NCBI GenBank assembly: GCA_963743735.1
Contig: CAVURF010000012.1
Coordinates: 32,295-96,294 of the forward strand
DNA from: an uncultured Acidobacteriota bacterium
Lineage (GTDB): Bacteria; Acidobacteriota; Terriglobia; Acidiferrales; UBA7541
DNA length: 64,000 bases
Direction of reading: 5' to 3'
Shown: in pieces, positions 52,776 to 63,132 of the stretch
Layout: every line of letters starts with the position of its first letter
Position numbering within the stretch: position 1 is the first letter of the stretch
The notes under the pieces: model-generated
What the model was told of the DNA's origin: nothing
Database searches by the model: none
What the model saw: the letters and a program-made list of their open reading frames with translations, nothing else
Program-made: the position numbers and the translations under genes

Positions 52776-53739
52776 GACCTCTCCATTCGCAGACTTTCTT
52801 CTGGTTCCGCGCCAATTTGTTTAATTTTGTACAACAATGACTTATAACTGATTTGCAGCTCCTGCGCCGCCTTTTTTCGATTCCAATGTGTACGGGTAAG
52901 TGCGTCCAGTATCAATTCGCGTTCGGTGCGTCGCAAAGCTTTGCGCGCCGCAACCTTCAACGGCGAAAGACGGCACATTCTCCAGGGCTACTACTCTCGG
53001 AAGCCGTACCGCCTCGGAAAATCGATCGGATCTATTCGGGTGCTACCGACAGCGATCATTTTCTTTGCCAGATTCTCGAGCTCGCGAACATTTCCCGGCC
53101 AATCGTATGCCGCGAGCGCTTCGAGTTCCGCTTGGCCCACAACCAGTCCGTGGCGGTTCAGCTCTCGCTGGTGCTTGGCAAGAAAATATTCTAACAATAC
53201 CGGAATATCCTCTTTGCGCTCGCGCAGCGGGGGCAGGCGCAGGCATGCGCCTTTCAGACGGAAATACAACTCGCTGCGAAAGCGGCCGGTTTCGACCGCC
53301 AGCTCAATTCCCGGCGGGGCGGAAGAAACGATTCGCGAATTCCACGCCGAATCGGCCGAGTCGAGCAGGGCTAGCAGGTACAGCTGAAGGCTAGGCTCCA
53401 AGCTCATGGATGCCATCCAGAAAGAGTGTGCCGGGAGGGTCTGCGCCGATCGGTGAGTGCGCGATGGCTTTAAGTCTCTCTCGAATCAGGCTTTCCTCCA
53501 TCGCCGCGCAGCCGATTTTTTCAAAGTAATCCGGACGGCCGCAAAGACAAATGGTGAAGCCTCTGTGCGTAGACGTCCTTACCCGAACCGCTTTCTCCGA
53601 CGATGAGCACGGGAATATTGGTCTGGGCCAGGCCCGGTAGCATGGTGTTCAGGGCTTCGATAGCCGCTGAGCGCCCCGCAACGAAGCTGGGCGGTGGGTC
53701 AGCAGGCTGAACGGCGACGGGTATGGTTTCCGTGGTCAT
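52772..53739 (-). CDS. Third AAA-HTH activator paralogue, lacking REC and GAFTGA, frameshifted
   Basis: GESGSGKD, GTLFLD, GRFRSELYFRL, WPGNVRELEN, HTH ISYKSLLYK. Confidence 0.8.
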
Positions 53740-53756
53740 AGGGCACTATCAATCGA

Positions 53757-53771
53757 GCACGTTCCTTTCCA
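53757..53771 (-). promoter_or_regulatory. Sigma54 promoter of the activator-wza operon
   Basis: TGGAAA-GGAAC-GTGC (GG-N10-GC). Confidence 0.6.
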
Positions 53772-53805
53772 TGATGGCAGTCCAGACCGAGGGTATGGAT
53801 CGCCG

Positions 53806-53818
53806 TAAACTATTGATT
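53806..53818 (-). promoter_or_regulatory. IHF binding site
   Basis: AATCAA-TAGT-TTA is an exact WATCAA-N4-TTR match, 35 bp upstream of the -24 element. Confidence 0.65.
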
Positions 53819-53979
53819 CTAATTGACTAATGTAGATAAACGCGAGGATTTCGGCGCCGGTCTCGCAGAAAAGTCCCGAATTTCTTCCACGATGTGGCAA
53901 AACCTTGCCCTTACCGATGCCCCCGCAAGTCGCCCGTAACGGTTGCTCCCTTCATGGGGCAATCGTTCGCTCCCTGCAT

Positions 53980-55260
53980 TTATTTCCTAGCCCCGGAAGC
54001 ATTCAATACAGAGGCTCGATTCTCCGAAGCCAACTCTTCGACACGGTCTCGTTTGTCCAGTCGAAGACACTCTTCTACGGCCGCCCAAACTCGCGGGCGC
54101 ACCGCATCCCAGGTCCATTTCTGCAAGAAATCATGCCAGGCTCTTTCCGCCATTTGTGACGACTGTTCCGGCTCGCGAATAGTCTTGATGCAAGCCTTTG
54201 CGAACGCCTCGGGAGAATCAGCTAGATAGAGTTCACGTCCGTCTTTCGCCCCATATCCGAGCGCGCCGAGCGAGGTCGAGACAATCGGGCACTTCTGGCT
54301 GAAACCGTGTGCGATTTTGACGCGGGTTCCGCCACCGACGTTTATCGGAACCGCCATCGCAGACCAACTCTGGATCTCATCCGATGGATCCGCGAGCCAA
54401 CCGAGACCATCAATATCCTGGCCAGACGGCTTGAGCGGGCCATCGGTACCGCTGCCAACCAATCTCAGCCGCGCTTCGGGAATTTCTCGTTTAATATGTG
54501 GCCAGCACTTCGTCACGAACCACTGTAGCCCTTGGGAATTCGGAAGGTAATCGAGAAAACCAATGAATCCGATTCTTGGTGGAGTTGCGGGGCGTCGGAC
54601 CGGCTCGCCGGAAGGCCTATCAAAGCCATTCGGAATCACGTGAATGGGGGCATCAACGCCTAGGGCCTTCAAGTATTCCTTGTCTTCCTGGCTACAAGTC
54701 GAGAGTACGCTGAATCTGGTCCCCAGCAGTCTCTCTCTGCGCCGCCAACTGACCATTCTCCGTACAGTCAATAAGCGCTCAAGCGGCCCGCCTCCCGAGT
54801 CCAGCACAGCTCGTTCGTACCTGCTCGACAGATCGTTTACATCCAACACCGAGCGTGGCCAAACTAGGTTAGGGAACGATGCCTCGCAACGATGGCTGTA
54901 GAACCACACCAGATCAAACTCCTTGACGTTGTGAGAAATGCGGCGCAGTGCTTCGTCTGTCACGCCGTGACCACGCGGATAGTCAGTTTTCGGATCAAAT
55001 GTCCACTTGAGCTTTGCGAACAATCCTTGGTTCGGCCGCGCTTGGGTCTCAAGAGCGTATGCGAAGTTGATTCCGGGTTCAGCTTCCAGGCTGCCTTGGG
55101 CAGGATCCCCAAGATGGTTCAGTGTCACAACTTCCACTTTGCCAATCTGCTGCAAGGCACGCACGACATTCAGACAGCGCACCTGCGAACCATTCGCCAC
55201 GCTGAATGCGCATCCCGCCGCAATATAAAGAATACGCGGTGAATCGACCAGTTCTTCCAT
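53980..55260 (-). CDS. GT4-family glycosyltransferase
   Basis: VIPNG, IGFIG.L.Y.PN, GGGTRVKI, PIVST..G. Confidence 0.9.
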   Translation of the reverse strand: MEELVDSPRILYIAAGCAFSVANGSQVRCLNVVRALQQIGKVEVVTLNHLGDPAQGSLEAEPGINFAYALETQARPNQGLFAKLKWTFDPKTDYPRGHGVTDEALRRISHNVKEFDLVWFYSHRCEASFPNLVWPRSVLDVNDLSSRYERAVLDSGGGPLERLLTVRRMVSWRRRERLLGTRFSVLSTCSQEDKEYLKALGVDAPIHVIPNGFDRPSGEPVRRPATPPRIGFIGFLDYLPNSQGLQWFVTKCWPHIKREIPEARLRLVGSGTDGPLKPSGQDIDGLGWLADPSDEIQSWSAMAVPINVGGGTRVKIAHGFSQKCPIVSTSLGALGYGAKDGRELYLADSPEAFAKACIKTIREPEQSSQMAERAWHDFLQKWTWDAVRPRVWAAVEECLRLDKRDRVEELASENRASVLNASGARK

Positions 55261-55290
55261 ATGCCAAGCTCCAGCTCAAACCTGCAATTG

Positions 55291-56454
55291 CTAAAGGCAC
55301 TTCAGAATGGACAGTCGAAAACGTAACTCGGGCGCCCGGCGGTTCACTTGAGTTCCATGCAAGGGAGTGAATGTCTGACGGGATGGCTGGGAGTCCGCAC
55401 CTTCCTTCACTATCCATAAGGAACAGTGAATTTCCGAAGACGGAGCCACGCCCGACCACATCGGTTTTAGTTCGTGATAATCAGGTATCCTTTGAGCCAA
55501 AAACTCGTCATGGTGATAGCGGATAAGAGGCGTAGATAACAGGATCTTGTAAGACGTATTGAACGCAAGGAATGCCTGAAGCAGCATAGCCTCTGTCCAG
55601 TAGACCGGCCATGGAGCTTGAAACATGTTCCCGTCAGCAGGATAAGGCACATTATGAGGGAACGGAATATCGTGGATATGCACCATTACACCATTGGCGA
55701 GGCGGGGCAGAACTTCAAGCACGAGGTAGGAAACATCGCCATCGATCCGCACGACATGAGTCGAATCTATGAAGAGAACATCGCCGGACTTGAGCGCCTC
55801 AAACTCGTGTAAGGGGAAGTCCTGAATTTCCTGCGAAACGATCCGTAAGCCTTGGACTGAATGCAACTTCGGAAAAGCGTAGGGGTCGACGCTGACCATA
55901 TCCATCATCGATCCGGATTGGGCATTACGCAGGCCGGCCGCACGTGCGATACAAGTCGATACGCCGGAGCCAACTTCGAGGAATCGCTGGGGTCGGTATT
56001 CTCGCAACATGCAGTACAGGACGAGAGCATCGACGGGAGTAAGTCCATAGCCATAGCCTTCCCGAACCAGTTCGTCATGCGACAGCGTGCTGAAATATTC
56101 GTCTGAGTACTCTCGAATTAGCCTGTCAGCGAGTTCTTCCATCTTCGCGACGTCGTAGTCCACGCCCACAAGGGCACTGGGCTTGTACCAACGCGCGCGG
56201 TTCCTGTCCAACTGAAGGATGGATGGAAGCGGTGAGTAGAAATCCTTCCTGCGAGCCATCTTCAGGCCCATTCGTTCCATATTGCGCGCGTTGAAACAGA
56301 CACTCCCGAGCTTGCGTGGGTGCAGGATGCACTGCTTAATACTGCTGAGGACCGTCCACATCGGACGGGGGAGCGTACGCTTCAGGAATGACTTTACTGG
56401 TGTCATAGTCGAGTAACTCGTTCTGCTATCAGACTTATTGAGACGCTGCGACAT
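55291..56454 (-). CDS. Class I SAM-dependent methyltransferase
   Basis: LEVGSGVST, DVLFIDSTH, VHIHDI. Confidence 0.85.
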   Translation of the reverse strand: MSQRLNKSDSRTSYSTMTPVKSFLKRTLPRPMWTVLSSIKQCILHPRKLGSVCFNARNMERMGLKMARRKDFYSPLPSILQLDRNRARWYKPSALVGVDYDVAKMEELADRLIREYSDEYFSTLSHDELVREGYGYGLTPVDALVLYCMLREYRPQRFLEVGSGVSTCIARAAGLRNAQSGSMMDMVSVDPYAFPKLHSVQGLRIVSQEIQDFPLHEFEALKSGDVLFIDSTHVVRIDGDVSYLVLEVLPRLANGVMVHIHDIPFPHNVPYPADGNMFQAPWPVYWTEAMLLQAFLAFNTSYKILLSTPLIRYHHDEFLAQRIPDYHELKPMWSGVAPSSEIHCSLWIVKEGADSQPSRQTFTPLHGTQVNRRAPELRFRLSILKCL

Positions 56455-56574
56455 GTTAGAGAGGATTGCATCCCGACCGCAGCATCATCGTGCCTATAGC
56501 GCAGATGGATGCACCCTATGCTTGCCGCGCCCATCACCTGGACACGGGTCCACCGGTTTGAAAAGGAAGGCTAA

Positions 56575-58143
56575 TCAACCCGTGCTGCTATGCGACCTGA
56601 GGGTGTGACCGTGGCGGTTGTGGCCGCCTGTCGACTTTCTCGGTCCGGTCGACGGTTTTCCACCAGCCAGCTCGGAACTGAATGACTCTGGGCCACGTTT
56701 CTCGAACACAAGGAACCGGGCAGGTGGATAATCATTTACATCAGCGCGGGTTCCCGTTGGGGGATAGTCGAATTCCCGCAGCAGTTCCCAGCTGTCTTTG
56801 GGTGATAAAGAGGCGATGGGCAGCCCCTCAAGTTCGGAATAGTGGCTGTCCCATACGGCGATTGTGCCCGGTTTCGTATCTAAAAGGTCCGGGTTCTGCC
56901 ATAAGTCCTGCCGCGGTGGCACGCGCAACGGCAGATAGTAATACAAATAGACGTGGGTTGAGAGCAGAGGGTGATCCGCCAATTTTTGCTGCCGGAGCCA
57001 GTCCGCGGTTATTTTTGCGTCGATGGCCTCGGGGTCTAATGGACGAACCGTATACCGAGCGCCAACTGCGACAATTGAAGCTAGTACCATCGCGAATACG
57101 ATCGAAATGCGTCTTTGATCAAAGCTGAAACGCGTACCCGCTGACTGGCACACCTCAGCTATATACTCAAGGCCAAAAACAGCCGCCACACCTATCGCGG
57201 GTGCCAGCGGGAAAACGTAACGCACGTCACCACCCGCTGCGTACAACCCGAAATGATAAACAACTATGTGAATGGCCATGTAAACGCCGTAGAAGGCGAA
57301 CACCAACACGCGTGCAGACTGCTTCAGAATTGCGGTAAGCGAATATAGCGCCAATACCGTCACAGCTAGGCCGACGTGATTCATCAGCACCTTCGGGTAG
57401 TAGGACCAACCGCCGACTCCGAAGAGCTTCATCTGTAATTCGCCGATGGGATGCGGATTGGTGTACATCCCCAGGTGACCAGCCCCGAACAGTCGAGCTA
57501 GAACATTGACTAGCACGATCGGAATAAGGGTAATGATTACGCCACGCCAGTTCTTCTTCCATAGACAGTAGGCGACCCAGACCCCCGCGAGCGCGATGCC
57601 TTCGGTTCGCACATAAGGCAGTAACCCAACCACCATCGATGTGGCCAGGAACTCGCCGGAAACGAAGAAGTACGCGCCGAGGACCATTAACAATGAGAAG
57701 GGTACCTCGGTTATGGCCGCATGCGAGAAATCGCAATACCAGAGTTGGAACCACACGACGATCGGCACTGCGAAGTAGTATTCCGCTCCCAGTTTCTTGG
57801 CTAGCTTCGCGGTAAACAACACTGTCACTGCCGCCATCACGGTCGCGGCTACCCTTACGGCAGTCAAGCCAAACAATGCAGGGACCATGTAAATCAAGGT
57901 GTTAACAGCTCGTCCCCAGTCGTTGAAGATCAAGGAAGGGGATTGCCAGGCATCCCGCGCAATGATGAAATGGCCGATTTCATCGTGCGTAAAAGTTCCG
58001 GGTGAATGCCAGAGAAGAAATAGCGTCCAGAGCCAGCCCGCGGTCAAGGACGTCCAGAGGACCAACCGAACAGCTTGCGCTGACTGCAGGAGCGCTGCGG
58101 GCACTTCACATGATTCGCGAACGACTAAGCTTCTAGATCCCAT
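56575..58143 (-). CDS. Multi-pass membrane protein, GT-C (ArnT/PMT-like) glycosyltransferase candidate
   Basis: DE motif in first loop (THDEIGH), about 11 TM segments, TE.PF, RTEG, RY.FP. Confidence 0.6.
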   Translation of the reverse strand: MGSRSLVVRESCEVPAALLQSAQAVRLVLWTSLTAGWLWTLFLLWHSPGTFTHDEIGHFIIARDAWQSPSLIFNDWGRAVNTLIYMVPALFGLTAVRVAATVMAAVTVLFTAKLAKKLGAEYYFAVPIVVWFQLWYCDFSHAAITEVPFSLLMVLGAYFFVSGEFLATSMVVGLLPYVRTEGIALAGVWVAYCLWKKNWRGVIITLIPIVLVNVLARLFGAGHLGMYTNPHPIGELQMKLFGVGGWSYYPKVLMNHVGLAVTVLALYSLTAILKQSARVLVFAFYGVYMAIHIVVYHFGLYAAGGDVRYVFPLAPAIGVAAVFGLEYIAEVCQSAGTRFSFDQRRISIVFAMVLASIVAVGARYTVRPLDPEAIDAKITADWLRQQKLADHPLLSTHVYLYYYLPLRVPPRQDLWQNPDLLDTKPGTIAVWDSHYSELEGLPIASLSPKDSWELLREFDYPPTGTRADVNDYPPARFLVFEKRGPESFSSELAGGKPSTGPRKSTGGHNRHGHTLRSHSSTG

Positions 58144-58339
58144 TGTTCTTGCTCACCCTGACTCGCCGCTAGGCGCAAATACCACACGGCCTGCATCATC
58201 TAAAATCAGCGCTAACGTCTTGGTGCTTTGCGGCCAACTGGCCTGAACACCCGACTCATAGCGATTCGCGATGGAGACTCGGGCGCCATCAAGCGACCGC
58301 GAAGCCCATCCTGGACGGAAACGATGTGGGTACGGCGGA

Positions 58340-58430
58340 AGCGATGCCGCTGCCACCCGCTTCAGCATTTCGGCCGCGTGACGCAATTCATTGTAAATAG
58401 GGATGATAATCGAAACCCGCACTCGCTTCG
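58340..58430 (-). pseudogene. GT2 glycosyltransferase N-terminal remnant
   Basis: RVSIIIPIYNE....AEML.RV matches a GT2 start, then homology stops. Confidence 0.5.
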
Positions 58431-58691
58431 CACCGTTCTGTGGACGTGCGAGTGCATGATTTCCAGGTCTAAGGGCTGAAGCCATCCCTGTACAGGGAGC
58501 AATCAAACGGCCAAAACAACAGAAATGTGCAGCTACTGCTTCAGTGATTTACGGTACTGTCGACGATAGCTCAAATGAAAAATTGCAGAGAATCTTCCCG
58601 AGGATGGCAAAAGGTTTCCTTAGTTCCGGGACGAATGAATCCGCACTTCGGAAGACGGCTTTGAACCGTATTTGGACGATCGAGACCGGCC

Positions 58692-60230
58692 TTAAGCTCT
58701 TTGCAGAGAGAACTTTGCCCGAAGTTGTTTCAGTTTGTGGAACTCATCCTCATCCAGACAAAATAGCAAAATGGAGACAACGTAAACTACCATTGCCAAT
58801 GCTATTGCGAGCAACAGATCCGGTATCGTGGTGGGTTGGATCCAATGATGCCATGCAAATGCAAAAGCTCCCGCCACGGCACTAGGCAGGATCCCCGGCC
58901 AAATCGTCGCTTTGAACCAGACTGCGAATCGCATTTGTATCAGATAAAGGCCGTACGCCCACAGAACCAGCAGACTCCAGATAGAGACCGAAACGAGAGT
59001 TCCCAGAGCCGAGCCGATTGCGCCCATATGAAGTTTATGCACAAAATACACCGTAATCGCAACGTTCGAGATTGACGAGGCTATGACGATCAAGGATAGC
59101 GTTCGCACGCGGCCGACGGCATAAGATGTCTGGCCAATAATCCAAATCGGACACTCGATCCAATACCGCACCAGGAGCAACACCATGACGATGGGCACGT
59201 CCGCGTAGACTGCAAGCTTCGATCCCAGGTAGATCGACCATATCTCCTGCCGAAAGACGATCAGTGGCGTTGCCACAAGCAAGCACGCCCACATGAGGTA
59301 GCGAGTTCCTCCAGTAACCGATCGGTGCAAGGCCGCCATTCCGCCCTTCGCATACTGCGCCACCAGGTGTGGTGTGAGGGGTTCAATCAGCTTGCCTCCA
59401 GCCGCGTCAATCTGGCTATCGGTCAAGGAGGCCAAGTGAAATGTGGCCACATCGACCGGAGTCGCAAACCGGTTGAGAATGAGCAAGTCCGAGCTCTTGC
59501 GGATCAACACTCCGATATTCGAAACCATGTTCCAGAAGCCAAACATCATCAGGGCAGGTAACAATTCCCATCGAATGGATGCGAATCGGAACTTCTGGGC
59601 GGGTAGTTCTCGAACCGACAAGACTGTGCTAACCAACAAGTTACCTAAATCTGCGACCACTGAGGCTACTACCACCCAGATGACCCGAGGGCCCGCTGTC
59701 AGCAGCAGCACGAACAGCAGAACTATGCGTACAACTGTTTGGACTACGCTCAGAGTATTTATAAGAACGAATTTTTGGCGCACATACAATCCAACTCCGA
59801 ATGGGATCAAACCGACGCGAAGCGCCAGCGAACCGAAGAGCAGGAACACCATGATCCGTCCCTGGTGCAGATCCTCCGGGGCGATCTTTAGAATGAAGCC
59901 AAGGTACTTGGCTACCACGACCGTGAAGAGCGCCAGGCAGACTGCCGTCGCGAGTAGCAGTGGGAATATAGTGGATGTAAGTTGAGTAACTTTTTGGTTA
60001 TCATTACGGGCATGCGCCTCCATCGTATCCCGTGAAACTCCGGCAGTAAGTATCGTCAACAAAGGCCCAACGAATATGAGCAAGGCGGTAACGACGGGAT
60101 AAAGACTATATTCGTCCGGACTGATGCGCTTGATCAGATATTGATAGAGCCAAACTTGAACGAACAGGTTCAGAAAGCGTTCCACCAGCCCACTGGCCGA
60201 ACTGATCATTAGCCGTCGCTTGCTACTCAA
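58692..60230 (-). CDS. wzx: Wzx-type oligosaccharide flippase
   Basis: About 12-14 TM segments, SDLLILNRF motif, position in a polysaccharide locus. Confidence 0.85.
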   Translation of the reverse strand: MSSKRRLMISSASGLVERFLNLFVQVWLYQYLIKRISPDEYSLYPVVTALLIFVGPLLTILTAGVSRDTMEAHARNDNQKVTQLTSTIFPLLLATAVCLALFTVVVAKYLGFILKIAPEDLHQGRIMVFLLFGSLALRVGLIPFGVGLYVRQKFVLINTLSVVQTVVRIVLLFVLLLTAGPRVIWVVVASVVADLGNLLVSTVLSVRELPAQKFRFASIRWELLPALMMFGFWNMVSNIGVLIRKSSDLLILNRFATPVDVATFHLASLTDSQIDAAGGKLIEPLTPHLVAQYAKGGMAALHRSVTGGTRYLMWACLLVATPLIVFRQEIWSIYLGSKLAVYADVPIVMVLLLVRYWIECPIWIIGQTSYAVGRVRTLSLIVIASSISNVAITVYFVHKLHMGAIGSALGTLVSVSIWSLLVLWAYGLYLIQMRFAVWFKATIWPGILPSAVAGAFAFAWHHWIQPTTIPDLLLAIALAMVVYVVSILLFCLDEDEFHKLKQLRAKFSLQRA

Positions 60231-60342
60231 ATGACTCTCCAGAATTGGGCCAGATACGGTAAACGGAAGGGACTACGATGCCTTTGTCGCTCGCGAGATA
60301 TCTTCGAGTCTCTGAGCCACTGATGGTTCGAGCAGCATACTA

Positions 60343-61827
60343 TCAGAGCCGCTCCGCTTGATGTTTCAGCGCGCTTGATTCGAGAGAAGCAGTGTCGTGC
60401 GCCGAAGCCGCGGGCGAGAAAAGCCGCAAAACATTCAAGATCGGTGGAACCGGGTCGGCGTTATTCACAGGCCGTAGACTAACGGTCTGATCGGTTGCCA
60501 ATCTCGGCAGCCTGGGACAGTGGATCGTTAACTGCCGGTGCGCCTTTCCTAGGAATGCACATAACATCTCGCCCGCTGCTTTAGCAGCGGCATATTCGCC
60601 CATATTGAGTGGCACTTCGTCGATCGCAACGGATGACGGGTACAGCGCGTACTTAAGTCCAAGCGGCACAAGTTGAGAAATCAGATTCGTGAATCCGCGG
60701 ACGTAGTAGGCGCAGAACTGATCAAAGAGGTCTGGGCTAAAAACACCAGTAGCCGATCTGAAGATGAAAGGTGTCGCGAAAAAGTAGAGATGAGTTGGCC
60801 GCCAATCGGCGATTTCTTTGGCCGCGAGCGAAGGGCTATCGGACTTGAGGACATCGAGTTGAAGACACGCGGCGTCTCCTCCATTCGACGCAATCTGGTC
60901 CCGGAGCCTCACGGCATCTTCTCGCCCGCTGTTATAGGTTAACTTTACGTTCGCTCCGCCCGCACAGAGAAGTTTGACGGCAATTTCTCCCAAGCCACGC
61001 GATCCTCCAACCACCAGTGCGCGTTGGCCCGCGAATTCGGTATTGGCAACTTGCTGTTTAAGGTCGAGATAACTAGGCTGCAATTGAATCGGCGGACGAA
61101 CAAACGCTTTCACATTGCCGGCGAGGCTTGGTGATTCAACTTGCATTACCACCAGCCCAAGCGCCTTTTCGTAACGCGTGACCTGGTAGTGCAACTGGTT
61201 TTGGTTGGCCGTAGCAGCAGTCGACAGATCAAGCTCGAAGTAGACTGAATTTAGTCCCGGGCATTCCACACCGACGAGCCTGGTTGTCGCAAGCAGGGCC
61301 GCAATTTGAACCACAGAGATACATCTGGTGAGATGCGGAAATAAGGTCGCGGCGAAATCCCGATCCAGCAAGAGATCCAAATGGCCAGACTGCGTCGCGA
61401 TTTCGGCTTCGGAGAGAGTTCTTGCCGGTTTCGGTTCTGGAATACGTGGTGGCAGAACCGTTTCGGCCATTGTCACTGCCGCTTCAAGCCGCAAACGTAT
61501 TTTGGTGGACAAAACGTCTGCAGATATCAGCTGTATTTCGACGCTCCGGTCCTGTTCGGCAATAACAGACTGCTGCACAGCTTCGCCAACGCCGACTGGT
61601 CGAAGGAACTGCACCTTGAGCGATCCCAGTGAGAACGGCTTGCTGCTATCTCTCAAATAATCGTCAAGGGCCCAGAGCAGCAGGTGAATTCCATGCACTA
61701 CGGGGCGTCCAAAGAGCAAGCGGCGCGCGGCAATCGGATCCATGTGCAGCGGGTTGTTGTCACCTGATAACCTTTCGAAGGCGACCTGGTCTGCGGCGGT
61801 GAATATGCGGTTATGCACGGGTTTCAA
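60343..61827 (-). CDS. MaoC-type dehydratase fused to an SDR ketoreductase
   Basis: F..LSGD.NPLH.D...VHG (MaoC); CPGL.S second hotdog; GGSRGLG and YAAAK (SDR). Confidence 0.85.
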   Translation of the reverse strand: MKPVHNRIFTAADQVAFERLSGDNNPLHMDPIAARRLLFGRPVVHGIHLLLWALDDYLRDSSKPFSLGSLKVQFLRPVGVGEAVQQSVIAEQDRSVEIQLISADVLSTKIRLRLEAAVTMAETVLPPRIPEPKPARTLSEAEIATQSGHLDLLLDRDFAATLFPHLTRCISVVQIAALLATTRLVGVECPGLNSVYFELDLSTAATANQNQLHYQVTRYEKALGLVVMQVESPSLAGNVKAFVRPPIQLQPSYLDLKQQVANTEFAGQRALVVGGSRGLGEIAVKLLCAGGANVKLTYNSGREDAVRLRDQIASNGGDAACLQLDVLKSDSPSLAAKEIADWRPTHLYFFATPFIFRSATGVFSPDLFDQFCAYYVRGFTNLISQLVPLGLKYALYPSSVAIDEVPLNMGEYAAAKAAGEMLCAFLGKAHRQLTIHCPRLPRLATDQTVSLRPVNNADPVPPILNVLRLFSPAASAHDTASLESSALKHQAERL

Positions 61828-62075
61828 AATGATTGGGTTCTTGCTGCAGATCGTTTCGCGAGCAGGGCTTTAAGTTCTCCGATGTCTTTCAGATCAGCCA
61901 ATTCGTTTCCGACGAATTGCATGCCAAATGCCGATTCGATTGCAAACATGAGGTTGATGTGAGTGAGAGAATCCCAACCGGGAATGTCCCGGCTGGTCAT
62001 CTCGTCGCGGATGACCAGAGATTCGTCGTTGAATGTATCTCTGAATACGCGCTCCAGATGTTGATGCATGTCCAC
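61824..62075 (-). CDS. Acyl carrier protein
   Basis: WDSLTH phosphopantetheine motif, 83 aa, acidic. Confidence 0.92.
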   Translation of the reverse strand: MDMHQHLERVFRDTFNDESLVIRDEMTSRDIPGWDSLTHINLMFAIESAFGMQFVGNELADLKDIGELKALLAKRSAARTQSF

Positions 62076-62184
62076 TCGTTTCTCCTAGGATGATGATTCT
62101 GACAAAACTGATTTTTCTTCGGTTCGGGTGCTGCGAGATCGATCTAGCTCAGTCCAGTTTGCTATGTTACGGGAGTCAAATGCC

Positions 62185-63132
62185 TCAGAAGATGGCATTC
62201 GTGCGCTTCTGAACCAGCAGTGCCATGGCGCGGGGAAGAAACTGTGCATTTGGGAACGTCCGCTTTGGTCCCACGGACAAGGACCCGATTACCCTGAAAC
62301 CCGCCTCCTCGCATTGGTGGATCAGCTCAGACTCGCGGCGATATTCGTAGATGTGGTCGACCTGCGCGGCCGTTAGAGCTCCAGTGAGGAATGCAATCCC
62401 ACGAGGCTTAAGCAAGTGCCTCACGACGTTGAGCAGCTCGTCGGGATTTTCCAGATGCTCCAAAAGGAAACAGCAAATCGCGCCATCGGCCGATTCTGCC
62501 TGCTCCTCTGTAAGGTTCAAGGCGTCCCGGATTTCGTACACGGCCCGGTTAGTTACTCCTGCAGCCTGGGAAACGGCGGTGGCGATCTCAACCGCGGAGG
62601 CGCTAATATCAAATCCTCGCAAATGGGCTCGTGGCAAGATGTTAAGAGCCCATACTCCCCATCCGCCGTGACCGGGCGCAATGTCCACCAGGGAGGCTGT
62701 ATCGGAAAGCCTCGCGAGAAAATAGTCTCTATAAAACACGCTAAGCTCGACGTGATGGGCCCAAAGGAAGTTCGTTAGATACCCTCCCCAAACGTATTCC
62801 GCCATCGTGTCGTGCTGGTTGTAATGATTGGCGTAGACCTGAGCAAATGATTTCTTTTCGTAGTGACCGGCAGCCTCATAACGAAACTGGGCGATGTTTA
62901 CCTCTGTCGTGAATCGCACGAATGCGTCAGCGCAGGCGGCAATGCCACCCTCGCCACGGACAGCGACGAGCCATCCAAGGAACATCTCTGCGATTTCCGG
63001 GAATCTCTCCGGCGCTGCGGCTTCTGCCTCCTCAATCCCGCGCAGGCATCGAGGATGTCGGTCGCGCACGTAGTCAAATAGCCGGTCCAGATAAGGTGTG
63101 TGGTTGGGTGCCAACCGCTGGTGAATCCCCAT
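62185..63132 (-). CDS. Class I SAM-dependent methyltransferase
   Basis: VDIAPGHG, GFDIS, LLEHL..P, LKPRG. Confidence 0.85.
   Translation of the reverse strand: MGIHQRLAPNHTPYLDRLFDYVRDRHPRCLRGIEEAEAAAPERFPEIAEMFLGWLVAVRGEGGIAACADAFVRFTTEVNIAQFRYEAAGHYEKKSFAQVYANHYNQHDTMAEYVWGGYLTNFLWAHHVELSVFYRDYFLARLSDTASLVDIAPGHGGWGVWALNILPRAHLRGFDISASAVEIATAVSQAAGVTNRAVYEIRDALNLTEEQAESADGAICCFLLEHLENPDELLNVVRHLLKPRGIAFLTGALTAAQVDHIYEYRRESELIHQCEEAGFRVIGSLSVGPKRTFPNAQFLPRAMALLVQKRTNAIF

Noticed and set aside
40087-53739. Decay or phase variation of the EPS/exosortase locus
   Set aside because: Breaks are single-base indels without long slippage tracts and match the error pattern in essential genes. This cannot be called biological without polished reads.
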